Both the position numbers and the translations under genes were made by a program. The notes under the pieces are model-generated. The model was not told the DNA's origin, made no database searches, and saw only the letters and a program-made list of their open reading frames with translations. Below are positions 21,837-30,263 of a stretch of DNA of 45,421 nucleotides, piece by piece (positions within the stretch are counted from its first letter, which is position 1; each line of letters begins with the position of its first letter). This stretch comes from Bacillota bacterium (GTDB taxonomy: Bacteria; Bacillota; Limnochordia; Darwinibacteriales; Darwinibacteriaceae), in the NCBI GenBank assembly GCA_012520355.1, contig JAAYOK010000132.1:1-45421 (forward strand). Reading direction: 5' to 3'.

Positions 21837-23172
21837 GGCTACTACCCTGTTCTTCTCGAATCGTTTGTACCACCCGCTCTACACAGGCATGCAAGACCAT
21901 GGCATCGGGATGCTCCCCTAAGACGCGGATCATGGGTTCTGTCCCTGAGGCTCTGACAAAGAGGCGACCGAGGGGACCTAGTTCATGTTCCGCTTGCCGA
22001 ATCACCTCTTGGATTCTTTGGTTGTCTTGCCAACCTTCCTTTTGAGCCACTGGTATATTGACGAGACTTTGGGGAAACACCACCATAGCCTGGGCGAGGC
22101 TGGCTAGGGTTTTCCCTTGTTTCTCCCTCATTTCCAAGAGCTTCAAGGCAGAGAGTAGGCCATCACCTGTGGTGGAATTCTCTAGAAAGATAATATGCCC
22201 CGATTGTTCTCCGCCTAAAATACAACCCGCACTTTGCATGCTCTCTAAGACATAACGGTCCCCAGGTTTGGCGAAAAGAACATCCCCCCCTTGATCCAAA
22301 AAGGCTTTCCGCAAACCTCCATTGGAGTAAGCGGTGGCAATGACCTTTTGCCCTGGTAGCCTATTTTCTCGCAGGAGCTGTAAACCGATGATGGCGAGAA
22401 TCTGATCACCACTTAAGAGCTGCCCCTGTTCATCCACGGCCAAAATGCGATCACCATCACCATCAAAGGCAAAACCAAGATCTGCACCTACTTCTTGGGT
22501 CAGACTTTGGATCTTTTCTGGAAAGGTGGAACCGCAGAGGTGATTGATATTCACACCATTGGGCGTAGCATGGAAACTTGTCACCTTGGCCCCGAAGGCC
22601 TGAAAGACTCGCTCGGCAAGGGCGGAAGTGGCCCCATTGGCACAATCAAGGGCGAGATGAAGTCCTTGGAGATCTAAAGAGACCTGATTTTTTAAGTACT
22701 GGACATACAGTTCCACGGCGCTCGGCTTGTGGGTCACTTTCCCTACCCCTCCACCGATAGGCCTTGGCACCTCATCGTCTTCGATCCAGGCCTCAATCTT
22801 CGCCTCTTCTTGTTCTGAGAGTTTAAATCCATCAGCGCCAAAAACCTTGATTCCATTATCCTGAAGGGGGTTATGGGATGCAGAAATCATGATCCCAGCG
22901 GAACAACCAAGTTCCTTCGTTAAAAAAGCGACCGCTGGGGTTGGAACCACGTCTACAAGTATGGCATCAAGTCCTGTGGAGGTGATACCGGCCAGTAAGG
23001 CCCCTTCGAGCATCTGGCCTGACAGGCGAGGATCTCTACCAATCAAGACGGGTCTTCTCTCTTCATCACCTAAGACCAAGGCTGTAGCCCGGCCAACCCC
23101 CAGGGCCAACTCGGCTGTGAGCTCACGATTGGCCACACCACGTATACCATCTGTTCCAAAATACTTTAGCAC
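21826..23172 (-). CDS. glmM: phosphoglucosamine mutase
   Basis: MLKYFGTDGIRGVAN and the SASHNP phosphoserine loop. GTG start at 23172 with GGAGGA 7 nt upstream. Confidence 0.97.
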   Translation of the reverse strand: MLKYFGTDGIRGVANRELTAELALGVGRATALVLGDEERRPVLIGRDPRLSGQMLEGALLAGITSTGLDAILVDVVPTPAVAFLTKELGCSAGIMISASHNPLQDNGIKVFGADGFKLSEQEEAKIEAWIEDDEVPRPIGGGVGKVTHKPSAVELYVQYLKNQVSLDLQGLHLALDCANGATSALAERVFQAFGAKVTSFHATPNGVNINHLCGSTFPEKIQSLTQEVGADLGFAFDGDGDRILAVDEQGQLLSGDQILAIIGLQLLRENRLPGQKVIATAYSNGGLRKAFLDQGGDVLFAKPGDRYVLESMQSAGCILGGEQSGHIIFLENSTTGDGLLSALKLLEMREKQGKTLASLAQAMVVFPQSLVNIPVAQKEGWQDNQRIQEVIRQAEHELGPLGRLFVRASGTEPMIRVLGEHPDAMVLHACVERVVQTIREEQGSSRVS

Positions 23173-23175
23173 AGT

Positions 23176-23847
23176 TTATTCCTCCCCATTGTCAACCACT
23201 TGCACAACACGAACTTCCCCCGGTTCCTTGGTAAGCCCACTGAGACTGCGCCCCCGAGCATCTAAGGCCCGAACCGGAAACGAACTTATGAGGTTCAGTT
23301 CCGGATCAATACCCAAATAGGCCACCACATGATCTACTTCCTCTAGTATACTGCGGGGCCCCCGAACGGTGATTACTTCAGGGGAGGGCTTCAGCTTCAT
23401 CATGACTTGATTTCGATCAATACCTAAGAAGACTAAGGTAACCGGGAAAATCTCTTCGGCCATCCCTTCCGTATACACACTAACCAAGGAAGGATTGACA
23501 TTGGTGATCCTGATTCCCAGAGGAGCATCCACATTAACACTATAGGTTTCCGTTCCCTCAGCAGCACCCGTAAGGTCAATGGAGGCAGAAAGGCTCGTTT
23601 CGCTCCGATCTACAAGGGGCGCAAGTCCCCTGATACTCACTCTTATGTCTTCTGGCGGGTCTACGAGCACTAAATCACTCGGTACATTACGCACCTCCAC
23701 GTCCAGAGTGACTGTGCGTTCGATTTCACCTAGGGTCCCATCGCCGGCGGCTAAGAGCCAGAAAATGATGGCTAGGGCTAAGGAAAAAAGCCGCCAATAG
23801 ACCTCAGGTCTCGTCAGGAAAGCCCAAATCTTATTGATCCGGTTCAT
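23176..23847 (-). CDS. cdaR: YbbR-domain protein, CdaA regulator (short form)
   Basis: N-terminal TM helix followed by YbbR-like repeats. Positioned between cdaA and glmM as in Bacillus. ATG overlaps the cdaA stop (ATGA). At 223 aa it is much shorter than B. subtilis CdaR. Confidence 0.82.
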   Translation of the reverse strand: MNRINKIWAFLTRPEVYWRLFSLALAIIFWLLAAGDGTLGEIERTVTLDVEVRNVPSDLVLVDPPEDIRVSIRGLAPLVDRSETSLSASIDLTGAAEGTETYSVNVDAPLGIRITNVNPSLVSVYTEGMAEEIFPVTLVFLGIDRNQVMMKLKPSPEVITVRGPRSILEEVDHVVAYLGIDPELNLISSFPVRALDARGRSLSGLTKEPGEVRVVQVVDNGEE

Positions 23848-24599
23848 GACGTCTCACCCCCCTGCCAATAGAACTTGAGTTGTTCTCTGAGGCGTGCCTC
23901 AGTCAAGTATCTCCGGAGGTGCCCGCCTACGGCCAGGGAAATTGTCCCTGTTTGCTCTGAGACAACAATCACGACCGCATCTGTGTGTTCTGAGAGGCCC
24001 ACGGCCGCCCGATGCCTAGTACCCAGGCCAGGACTTAAGGGACTGTCGGTGAGGGGCAAAACCGAGCCTGCACTCACAATCCGGCCTCCGGCCACAATCA
24101 CGGCGCCATCATGGAGGGGGCTATTAGGTTCAAAGATATTCAGCAACAGTTCTGTACTGATCAGAGCATCGAGTTTGATACCGGTTTCTATAAACTCGTG
24201 GAGACCAGTTTGTCGTTGGAAGACAATCAGGGCACCGGTCTTCTTGGCGCTCATTCGGCTACAGCTTTCAATGACAGCCTCGAGGTCGAACACTTCCTGT
24301 CCTACGCCACGGCTTGCCAACCAGCGGAAAAACTGCCCGCGGCCGAGTTGTTCTAAGCCCCTCCTCAGTTCAGGATAAAAAACTACAGGTAGGGCCACCA
24401 AGAATAGGGTTGTGGCATACTCCAGAAGCCAACTTACCGTGCGCAGACTCAGGACCCGGGCCACAACGCTACTGGCAAAGACAATGGCCAAACCCTTAAC
24501 CAAAGTGATCGCTCTCGTACCTTGAATCGAGTAAATGACTCGGTAGACAACGTAAGCTACGATCAAAATATCGATGACGTCTCGAAATGTGAAAAGCAC
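23844..24599 (-). CDS. cdaA: diadenylate cyclase (c-di-AMP synthase)
   Basis: Three N-terminal TM helices, then the DAC motifs HDGAVIV and GTRHRAAVG. GTG start at 24599 with GGGGGAG 6 nt upstream. Confidence 0.95.
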   Translation of the reverse strand: MLFTFRDVIDILIVAYVVYRVIYSIQGTRAITLVKGLAIVFASSVVARVLSLRTVSWLLEYATTLFLVALPVVFYPELRRGLEQLGRGQFFRWLASRGVGQEVFDLEAVIESCSRMSAKKTGALIVFQRQTGLHEFIETGIKLDALISTELLLNIFEPNSPLHDGAVIVAGGRIVSAGSVLPLTDSPLSPGLGTRHRAAVGLSEHTDAVVIVVSEQTGTISLAVGGHLRRYLTEARLREQLKFYWQGGETS

Positions 24600-24625
24600 C
24601 GAGAGCTCCCCCTTAAATCCCTCTG

Positions 24626-25744
24626 TTAAGCCTCTAAGACAAGCTGCGCCGCCTTGGTAGCTTGGCCGAATTTTTTCATATCCATTTCTAGAACCGCTAA
24701 GGCTGTCAAAACGTCGAGTGGAGTGGCATAACCCATATGACCGACCCTGAAAATCTGATTGGCATGGACGCCTTGGCCACCGGCGAACTCCACCCCATAG
24801 CGCTCTCGAATTCGGGCTCTAAAAGAATCAGCATCAGGATACTTGATAGCAGTCACGGTAGGGGAAGCATCTGCATCCTGGACTAAGAGCTCCAAACCCA
24901 GCGCTCTTGCACCAGCCCGCATCATATCCCGCATCAAGCGATGGCGTGCAAAGACATTTTCCAAGCCCTCAGCTTCAATCATAGTTAGTGCTTCCTCAAG
25001 GGCAAAGACATTATGAATATTGGGTGTAAATGGCGTCTCTGCATTCTCCCTGTACTTCTCGTAGAGACGCAGATCAAAGTAATAGCGACTGGCCTGGCAG
25101 TTCTGGGCATATTCTCTGGCCCGAGGGGAAAAGACGATAAAGGCAGTTCCAGGAGGTGTCATGAGACATTTTTGCGACGCACTAACCACCACATCCAAAC
25201 CCCAAGCATCCATCTGGCAAGGTGCACCACCAAGTGCACTCACCGCATCCACCACCAAAAGTGCACTGTGCCCCTGGCGAGCCTTGGCTACGGCCTCCAC
25301 ATCATTGAGCACCGCGGTGGATGATTCATTATGTACCATAAAAATGAGTTCAATTTCAGGGTGTGCCTGTAAATAAGCCTGCACCTTTTGGGGATCAATC
25401 CCACTATCCCAGGGGAAATCCAAGACATGTAGCTTTGCTCCATAGGCCTTGCAAAGCTCTGCCCAGCGGTTACCAAAGAAACCTCCTACTAGACATAGGA
25501 CGGGTGTGTCGGGGGAAACAAGATTGCTCACCGCAGCCTCCATCGCCGACGTGCCCGATCCGGTAATCATGTGAACTTGATTCGTGGTTCCAAACAAGGG
25601 AGCAAGCCGGGCCAAAACTTTGGGGTAGTGTTCTTTGAAGTAGGCGCCCCTATGATTGATCATGGGCTTGGCCATCTGTAAAGATACTTCGTTTGGTACT
25701 GGCACCGGTCCGGGGATGCGCAGCTCTGGTTTAAAACGGTACAT
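24626..25744 (-). CDS. class V (AGXT/serine-pyruvate type) pyridoxal-phosphate aminotransferase
   Basis: MYRFKPELRIPGPVPVP..., GSGTSAMEAA, and SASQKCL (PLP lysine). ATG 25744 with AGGAGG 8 nt upstream. The track ORF is 22 codons too long. Confidence 0.9.
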   Translation of the reverse strand: MYRFKPELRIPGPVPVPNEVSLQMAKPMINHRGAYFKEHYPKVLARLAPLFGTTNQVHMITGSGTSAMEAAVSNLVSPDTPVLCLVGGFFGNRWAELCKAYGAKLHVLDFPWDSGIDPQKVQAYLQAHPEIELIFMVHNESSTAVLNDVEAVAKARQGHSALLVVDAVSALGGAPCQMDAWGLDVVVSASQKCLMTPPGTAFIVFSPRAREYAQNCQASRYYFDLRLYEKYRENAETPFTPNIHNVFALEEALTMIEAEGLENVFARHRLMRDMMRAGARALGLELLVQDADASPTVTAIKYPDADSFRARIRERYGVEFAGGQGVHANQIFRVGHMGYATPLDVLTALAVLEMDMKKFGQATKAAQLVLEA

Positions 25745-25769
25745 TTTAGCAACCTCCTTATCGTAATAG

Positions 25770-25798
25770 AAAAAACCATTCCCTGAAACACCAGGGAA
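25770..25798 (-). terminator. terminator-like hairpin after the flavodoxin-like gene
   Basis: TTCCCTG-gtgttt-CAGGGAA (7-bp stem) followed by tggTTTTTTc on the minus strand, 15 nt after the stop at 25814. Confidence 0.55.
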
Positions 25799-25813
25799 GG
25801 TAGGTTTCATACG

Positions 25814-26230
25814 CTACGACAATAAACGCCTCAACCGCTTGGCAATGGATGCAAGTTCTTGTTCGCCACCCAGGGTGCCAAAGTCTTCCACAATCACGCC
25901 CTGACGTTCCATATGACTCATGAGCACCCGCAATGCTTTGGCCGAACCAAGCAGACCCGGTTTGACAAAGGCGGCTCCTTTCTTACCTTCCAAACGCATG
26001 GTTTTCTTGAGGAGCCCGTCCATCTCCACGGGAAGCTGTGGCTTCCACCAACCGGAATACCCTGACATGACACAGACCAGACCATAGGGTGCGGCACTAA
26101 CGGGCGATGAGGTTGCCTCCTTCGCAGAGATCAAATCGACCCTTACCCCATCCTGTTCTAGTGCCTTGTGTAGCACTCTTGCAGATTTGTGAATCTTGTC
26201 ATCATCTGCATGCAAAATTAAAACGCGCAA
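25814..26230 (-). CDS. flavodoxin-fold protein with degenerate FMN phosphate loop (function unknown)
   Basis: 138 aa. LVCVMSGYSGWW...LEGKKGAAFV resembles the flavodoxin hhhGCSTWGDG...LSGKKVALFG pattern. Strand 1 reads ILHADDDKIHKS instead of a T/S-x-T-G-x-T loop. TTG start with a weak SD. Confidence 0.5.
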   Translation of the reverse strand: MRVLILHADDDKIHKSARVLHKALEQDGVRVDLISAKEATSSPVSAAPYGLVCVMSGYSGWWKPQLPVEMDGLLKKTMRLEGKKGAAFVKPGLLGSAKALRVLMSHMERQGVIVEDFGTLGGEQELASIAKRLRRLLS

Positions 26231-26299
26231 ATCTATTGCCCCCTATCTTTTTCCTATCAATCTTTCTATTTATTTCTCTAAATAGCAACTAAATCCTGT

Positions 26300-27013
26300 C
26301 TAGTTACGGTAATAACGGAGTAGGCCTTGGAAAATTGCGGTAGCTACTTTTCGTTGATAATCGGCCTGACTAAGGAGTTCTGCCTCCCGTGGATTGGACA
26401 AAAAGCCCACCTCTACCATGGCGGCAGGCATTTTTGCCTTGCGCAAAACGCGAAAATCCCCCGGCTGGGCCAGGCGATTGTTAGGTCCGAGCTCCTTGAC
26501 TAACTCGGTCTGTAGTGTTTTGGCCAGGTGCTGACCCTCACTACTTCCCTCATAGAAAAAGGTCTGGGCCCCTGACCACCTCGGGGAGGGAAAGTAATTG
26601 GCGTGGATAGAAAGATAAAGGTCCGCCTTGGCGTCTGCGGCGATCTTAACCCGTCCATCTAGGTCCTGGCGTTTGCGTGTGAGAAGATTCGTTTCACTGG
26701 AATCTGCTAGGTCATAGTCTCCCTGGCGGGTTAGAATGACGTAGACGGCTGCCCTTTTCAGCAGATATTCCAACTCCTTGGCAATGGCCAATGTAATATC
26801 CTTCTCCAACACACCACCTCGACTGACGGCCCCAGGATCAATTCCCCCATGTCCGGCGTCGATAACAATTGTCCGGCCAGAGATGCCGTTTTGGCCAAAA
26901 CCACCCGAAACAGGAAGATCACGTGGACCACCGGTTCCCAGGAAAATCCCCAGGGTCAAACAAGTGAATAGCCACCACCCAACTTGCTTTCCGCTAAAGA
27001 TCCAAATGCGCAC
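26300..27013 (-). CDS. cwlD: N-acetylmuramoyl-L-alanine amidase, CwlD type (spore cortex)
   Basis: Amidase_3 motifs IVIDAGHGGIDPGA, SIHAN and VEVGFLSN, with a single N-terminal TM helix. GTG 27013 with GGAGGTG 7 nt upstream. The track GTG at 27031 overlaps this SD. Confidence 0.86.
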   Translation of the reverse strand: MRIWIFSGKQVGWWLFTCLTLGIFLGTGGPRDLPVSGGFGQNGISGRTIVIDAGHGGIDPGAVSRGGVLEKDITLAIAKELEYLLKRAAVYVILTRQGDYDLADSSETNLLTRKRQDLDGRVKIAADAKADLYLSIHANYFPSPRWSGAQTFFYEGSSEGQHLAKTLQTELVKELGPNNRLAQPGDFRVLRKAKMPAAMVEVGFLSNPREAELLSQADYQRKVATAIFQGLLRYYRN

Positions 27014-27042
27014 AAAAAAACACCTCCACACCCAAAAGATAT

Positions 27043-27657
27043 TCAGGCGTGGAGCTGTTTACAACACTTTAGGACTCGAAAGCCCGCTTTCTTCTCGATG
27101 GTCTCGCAGTGGCCAGCCAGGGTTTCAAGGTAGGCTGCAAGACTCTTAGCTCCCTGTTTGGTTCGGATGACCACCATCAGGCACCCTCCTACTTTGAGGG
27201 CATGAAACGCATCGGTCAAAATCTTGTAATAGACGTCCTTACCAGCCCTAATAGGAGGATTGGAAAGGACCCAATCAAATGTGAGATCAGGGGGCAAGGC
27301 GCTTAGGCCATGGCTCACCAAGACTTGGGCATGCTTGATCCCATTCTTGGCCAGATTCTCCTTGGCCAACTCGCAAGCTCGCTCATTCACATCCACCATA
27401 TAGACAAATCCCGAGGGACCCACTAGTTGTGCGGCTACCATCCCAATCGGACCATAACCACAGCCCACATCCAAGACTGTTGCTCCGGGCTCTAGGGAAA
27501 GGGTATCAATCAGAATACGACTACCTAGATCCACTTCATCTTTGGAGAAGACGCCACTGTCCGTGGTGAAAACGTAGGTCGTTCCCCTTAACATCGTGCT
27601 GAACTCCTGAATTTGATGCTGCGCCCGGGGCTTACTTGTGAAGTAATGATCATTCAT
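27043..27657 (-). CDS. class I SAM-dependent methyltransferase, RsmC/YbxB-like (MTS domain)
   Basis: Motif I VLDVGCGYGPIG and motif IV SNPPIRAG. ATG 27657 with GGAGAG 7 nt upstream. Confidence 0.84.
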   Translation of the reverse strand: MNDHYFTSKPRAQHQIQEFSTMLRGTTYVFTTDSGVFSKDEVDLGSRILIDTLSLEPGATVLDVGCGYGPIGMVAAQLVGPSGFVYMVDVNERACELAKENLAKNGIKHAQVLVSHGLSALPPDLTFDWVLSNPPIRAGKDVYYKILTDAFHALKVGGCLMVVIRTKQGAKSLAAYLETLAGHCETIEKKAGFRVLKCCKQLHA

Positions 27658-28861
27658 GACCATTCTCTCCTAGAGCCTGCAAAACCAGATCCAAATGTCC
27701 TTGCACCTCAGCTTGAGCGTCTTCATCGACGGTCTCCAAGGCTTCCAGCAAGAGTTCCTTGGCCTCTTCATAACGACCCACGAGATAATACCCATAGCCT
27801 AGTGTATCAAGGTAGATGTCTTTGCGTTCAAGTTCCACGGCGCGCTTCGCCATTTCCAAAGCATGGGGAATCTGTACTTCCTTCAGAAAATAGTGATAGG
27901 CTAGATTATTCAGGGCTAAGTGGTTATCCGGTTGGCGCATCAAGACCTGCTGGTAATTCTCCACCACACCCAAGTAATTGTCGATGCCCTCGTAGACAAA
28001 GGCCTGGTATAAATAGACCTGCCAAAACTGGGGAGCAAGTGCCAGCATTTCTTGGGTAATGGAAAGGGCCTTGTCATAGTTCTGGGCCTGAAACTCCACC
28101 AGGAAAAGCTGGTTGAGTTCATCGAGTCTGGCCAATCGAGGCAAGGGATTGTTTTCCCATTCCGCCTGGTAAGTCCAGTCAAATAGCTTTAACGTTAGAA
28201 CCCCTTGCGCTTCTTCGATCTCCAGCCGCGCTGGGGCCCAGCCTTCCTCGCCCGCCTCCAAGGTCAAACGGGCGGCCTTGGGCCCAAAGCAGAGCTCCAG
28301 CTCTACCTGGGTCAACTCGTGATTCTCTAAGATATAGGAGTTGATTGTGAGCAAAGTCTCACTCCCGCTCCGTACCAGGAAGGGGATCCTGCTTTCCTCA
28401 TCAAACCAAGCTACAAAATCCGAGTCGGGATCCACATAGCGCAAGGCTCGTCGGTCCGCAATCCGGTCTTGGCCCGAGATAGCCAAGGGCCTTCTGGAAA
28501 GCTCCACCAGTCCAAAGACATAGGTTTGAAGATCAGCAAAGAGCCAGTAAGAATCGTAGCCATATTGCACATCAGCACCTGTTTGGACTTGGACAAAACC
28601 AGCCTGGCTCGTAATAACCACAGGAGCTGTCTGGGTCAAATACTGTACTTCAAATCCATCGGGGTAGGCAAAGCGCAAAAGACCATCCATATGCAAGTGT
28701 TTTTCGCCATCGCCACTGGACTCAGCCAGAATCCGGACAGTGGCAAAATCATGTTCGAACCAGCCAGGAGGTGTTTCTAAGGCCTGCGCGGAGCTATAGA
28801 CTCCCAAGAGCAAAGTTGCCAACAAGACCAAAAACGTAAGTTTGGATTTGTTGCGACTCAA
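27650..28861 (-). CDS. secreted protein: N-terminal LolA-like/unknown beta domain plus C-terminal TPR repeats
   Basis: Signal peptide MSRNKSKLTFLVLLATLLLGVYSSAQA. The C-terminal ~170 aa show TPR-like periodicity (YDKALSITQEMLALAP..., ALNNLAYHYF..., YEEAKELLLEAL). TTG start overlaps the deoC stop (TTGA), with GGGAGG 7 nt upstream. Confidence 0.7.
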   Translation of the reverse strand: MSRNKSKLTFLVLLATLLLGVYSSAQALETPPGWFEHDFATVRILAESSGDGEKHLHMDGLLRFAYPDGFEVQYLTQTAPVVITSQAGFVQVQTGADVQYGYDSYWLFADLQTYVFGLVELSRRPLAISGQDRIADRRALRYVDPDSDFVAWFDEESRIPFLVRSGSETLLTINSYILENHELTQVELELCFGPKAARLTLEAGEEGWAPARLEIEEAQGVLTLKLFDWTYQAEWENNPLPRLARLDELNQLFLVEFQAQNYDKALSITQEMLALAPQFWQVYLYQAFVYEGIDNYLGVVENYQQVLMRQPDNHLALNNLAYHYFLKEVQIPHALEMAKRAVELERKDIYLDTLGYGYYLVGRYEEAKELLLEALETVDEDAQAEVQGHLDLVLQALGENGHE

Positions 28862-29652
28862 TAGTCTGCCTCCCCCCTCAATCCCTCTATGATGGCAACG
28901 CCGGAGCTGGCCCCGAGACGATTTGCACCGGCCTTAATCAAGGCCATGGCAGTGGCTAGATCACGAATGCCTCCTGAAGCTTTCACGCCACAATCATCAC
29001 CCACTACCGTTCGCATCAGGGTGACATCCTCTACTGTGGCACCCCCAGGCCCAAATCCGGTAGAGGTTTTGACAAAATCGGCACCAGCCATTCGAGCTAA
29101 AATACAACCCCTAACAATCTGTTCCTTGCTTAAATAGCCAGTTTCTAAAATCACCTTCAGAATTTGTCCGCTGACCCCATCTCGAACCGCCTTAATGTCC
29201 GAATAGACCCTGGCATAATCGCTTTCTAAGAGACTTCCGATATTGACGACCATGTCGATTTCTTCAGCACCAGCAGCCACAGCATCGCGAGCCTCCAAAA
29301 CCTTCGTTAAAGAGGAGTTAGCACCCAAGGGAAATCCGATCACGGTACAGACTTTCACTTTACTTCCCTTTAAGACCCGGGCTGCAGTGGGAACATGAAC
29401 GGGATTGACGCAAACGGAGGCAAATTGATAGTGTAGTGCTTCTTCACATAGTGTAACAATCTGGTCCTGCGAAGCCGTGGGCTTGAGCAGGGTATGATCA
29501 ATTAAGGATGCGAGTCGACTATCCTGGGACGAACTGGTTTTCCCCTTCTTCCCTGGCCTCGCAGGAACAACCAAACGAATTCCCTGCCTGGCAAGGGCCA
29601 AACCAATTTCTTCTCTTTGCTCTTCCAGCCACTTGTGATCCATCTCTTTCAC
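28858..29652 (-). CDS. deoC: deoxyribose-phosphate aldolase with ~45-aa N-terminal extension
   Basis: IDHTLLKP, CTVIGFPLG and FVKTSTGF (Schiff-base lysine). Start is GTG 29652 or ATG 29643. No plausible start lies nearer the conserved core. Confidence 0.9.
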   Translation of the reverse strand: MKEMDHKWLEEQREEIGLALARQGIRLVVPARPGKKGKTSSSQDSRLASLIDHTLLKPTASQDQIVTLCEEALHYQFASVCVNPVHVPTAARVLKGSKVKVCTVIGFPLGANSSLTKVLEARDAVAAGAEEIDMVVNIGSLLESDYARVYSDIKAVRDGVSGQILKVILETGYLSKEQIVRGCILARMAGADFVKTSTGFGPGGATVEDVTLMRTVVGDDCGVKASGGIRDLATAMALIKAGANRLGASSGVAIIEGLRGEADY

Positions 29653-29657
29653 CCAAA

Positions 29658-30263
29658 CTACACCCTTTCATAACTCCATAGTTCCACACGACTGGTGGAA
29701 ACCGCTAAGACTGGAGGTTTGATAATCTGCTCTAATTCAGCTCTCGTTTCGACTAACCCTCCTCCAATCATGGGAGGTAGAGTATCCGGCAGGCGCCCGA
29801 TGACAGAGGGTAACACCAAGGCTGGTAAGATTTCTACGGCATCGGGTTGGCTGGAGTGAATCATGCGTAAACCGGTTCGCAGTGCCTCGGAATCTAGCAT
29901 GAATAAGCGCTGAATACCAAGTAAACCGGCCTTCTGGGCCGCTGTCACTAAGTAACCCTTGGTGGTTAAGATGCCATCGATACCGATCTCAGAAGCTAAG
30001 ACCTCCATACCCGCGGCATCCTTGGCGATACCACCAATCAAATCCACGTGGGCAAAGAGCATCTGGTCTTGTTCTTGGCAGATTTTTGCCAAATCACGCA
30101 ACTCAAAAATATCACCTGTGAGGTAAAAACATACCTTAACACCAGCGGCATGAGTAAGATGGACATCGTTGATGCCCTTCAAGCCTGCAATAATGGGTTT
30201 TTGCTGCAAACCCGACTTAAGCTTCTGTAACCGCCCTCTGCGCATCCGTTCTTGTTTAATCAT
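29658..30263 (-). CDS. glpP: glycerol-3-phosphate-responsive antiterminator GlpP
   Basis: G3P_antiterm family pattern (PIIAGLKG..., DGILTTKG, AVSTS). ATG 30263 overlaps the glpK end by 8 nt. ATG 30245 is the alternative. Confidence 0.84.
   Translation of the reverse strand: MIKQERMRRGRLQKLKSGLQQKPIIAGLKGINDVHLTHAAGVKVCFYLTGDIFELRDLAKICQEQDQMLFAHVDLIGGIAKDAAGMEVLASEIGIDGILTTKGYLVTAAQKAGLLGIQRLFMLDSEALRTGLRMIHSSQPDAVEILPALVLPSVIGRLPDTLPPMIGGGLVETRAELEQIIKPPVLAVSTSRVELWSYERV

Noticed and set aside
23875-24378. Long plus-strand ORFs antisense to real genes, e.g. 23875..24378 (167 aa), 1617..2081, 27613..28059, 22889..23320, 42962..43402, 36535..36939 and 1137..1547.
   Set aside because: All lie fully inside well-supported minus-strand genes and have R/S/P/C/T-rich, low-complexity translations typical of antisense frames. 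They have no SD and no recognisable motifs.
21826-24625. glmS ribozyme or c-di-AMP (ydaO-type) riboswitch near cdaA/glmM.
   Set aside because: Gaps in this stretch are 3 to 26 nt or overlaps, so there is no room for a structured RNA. glmS itself is not in the window.
26231-26299. AT-rich hairpin CTATTTA-N6-TAAATAG after cwlD as a terminator.
   Set aside because: The stem is almost all A-T and is not followed by a U-tract, so its predicted stability is too low.
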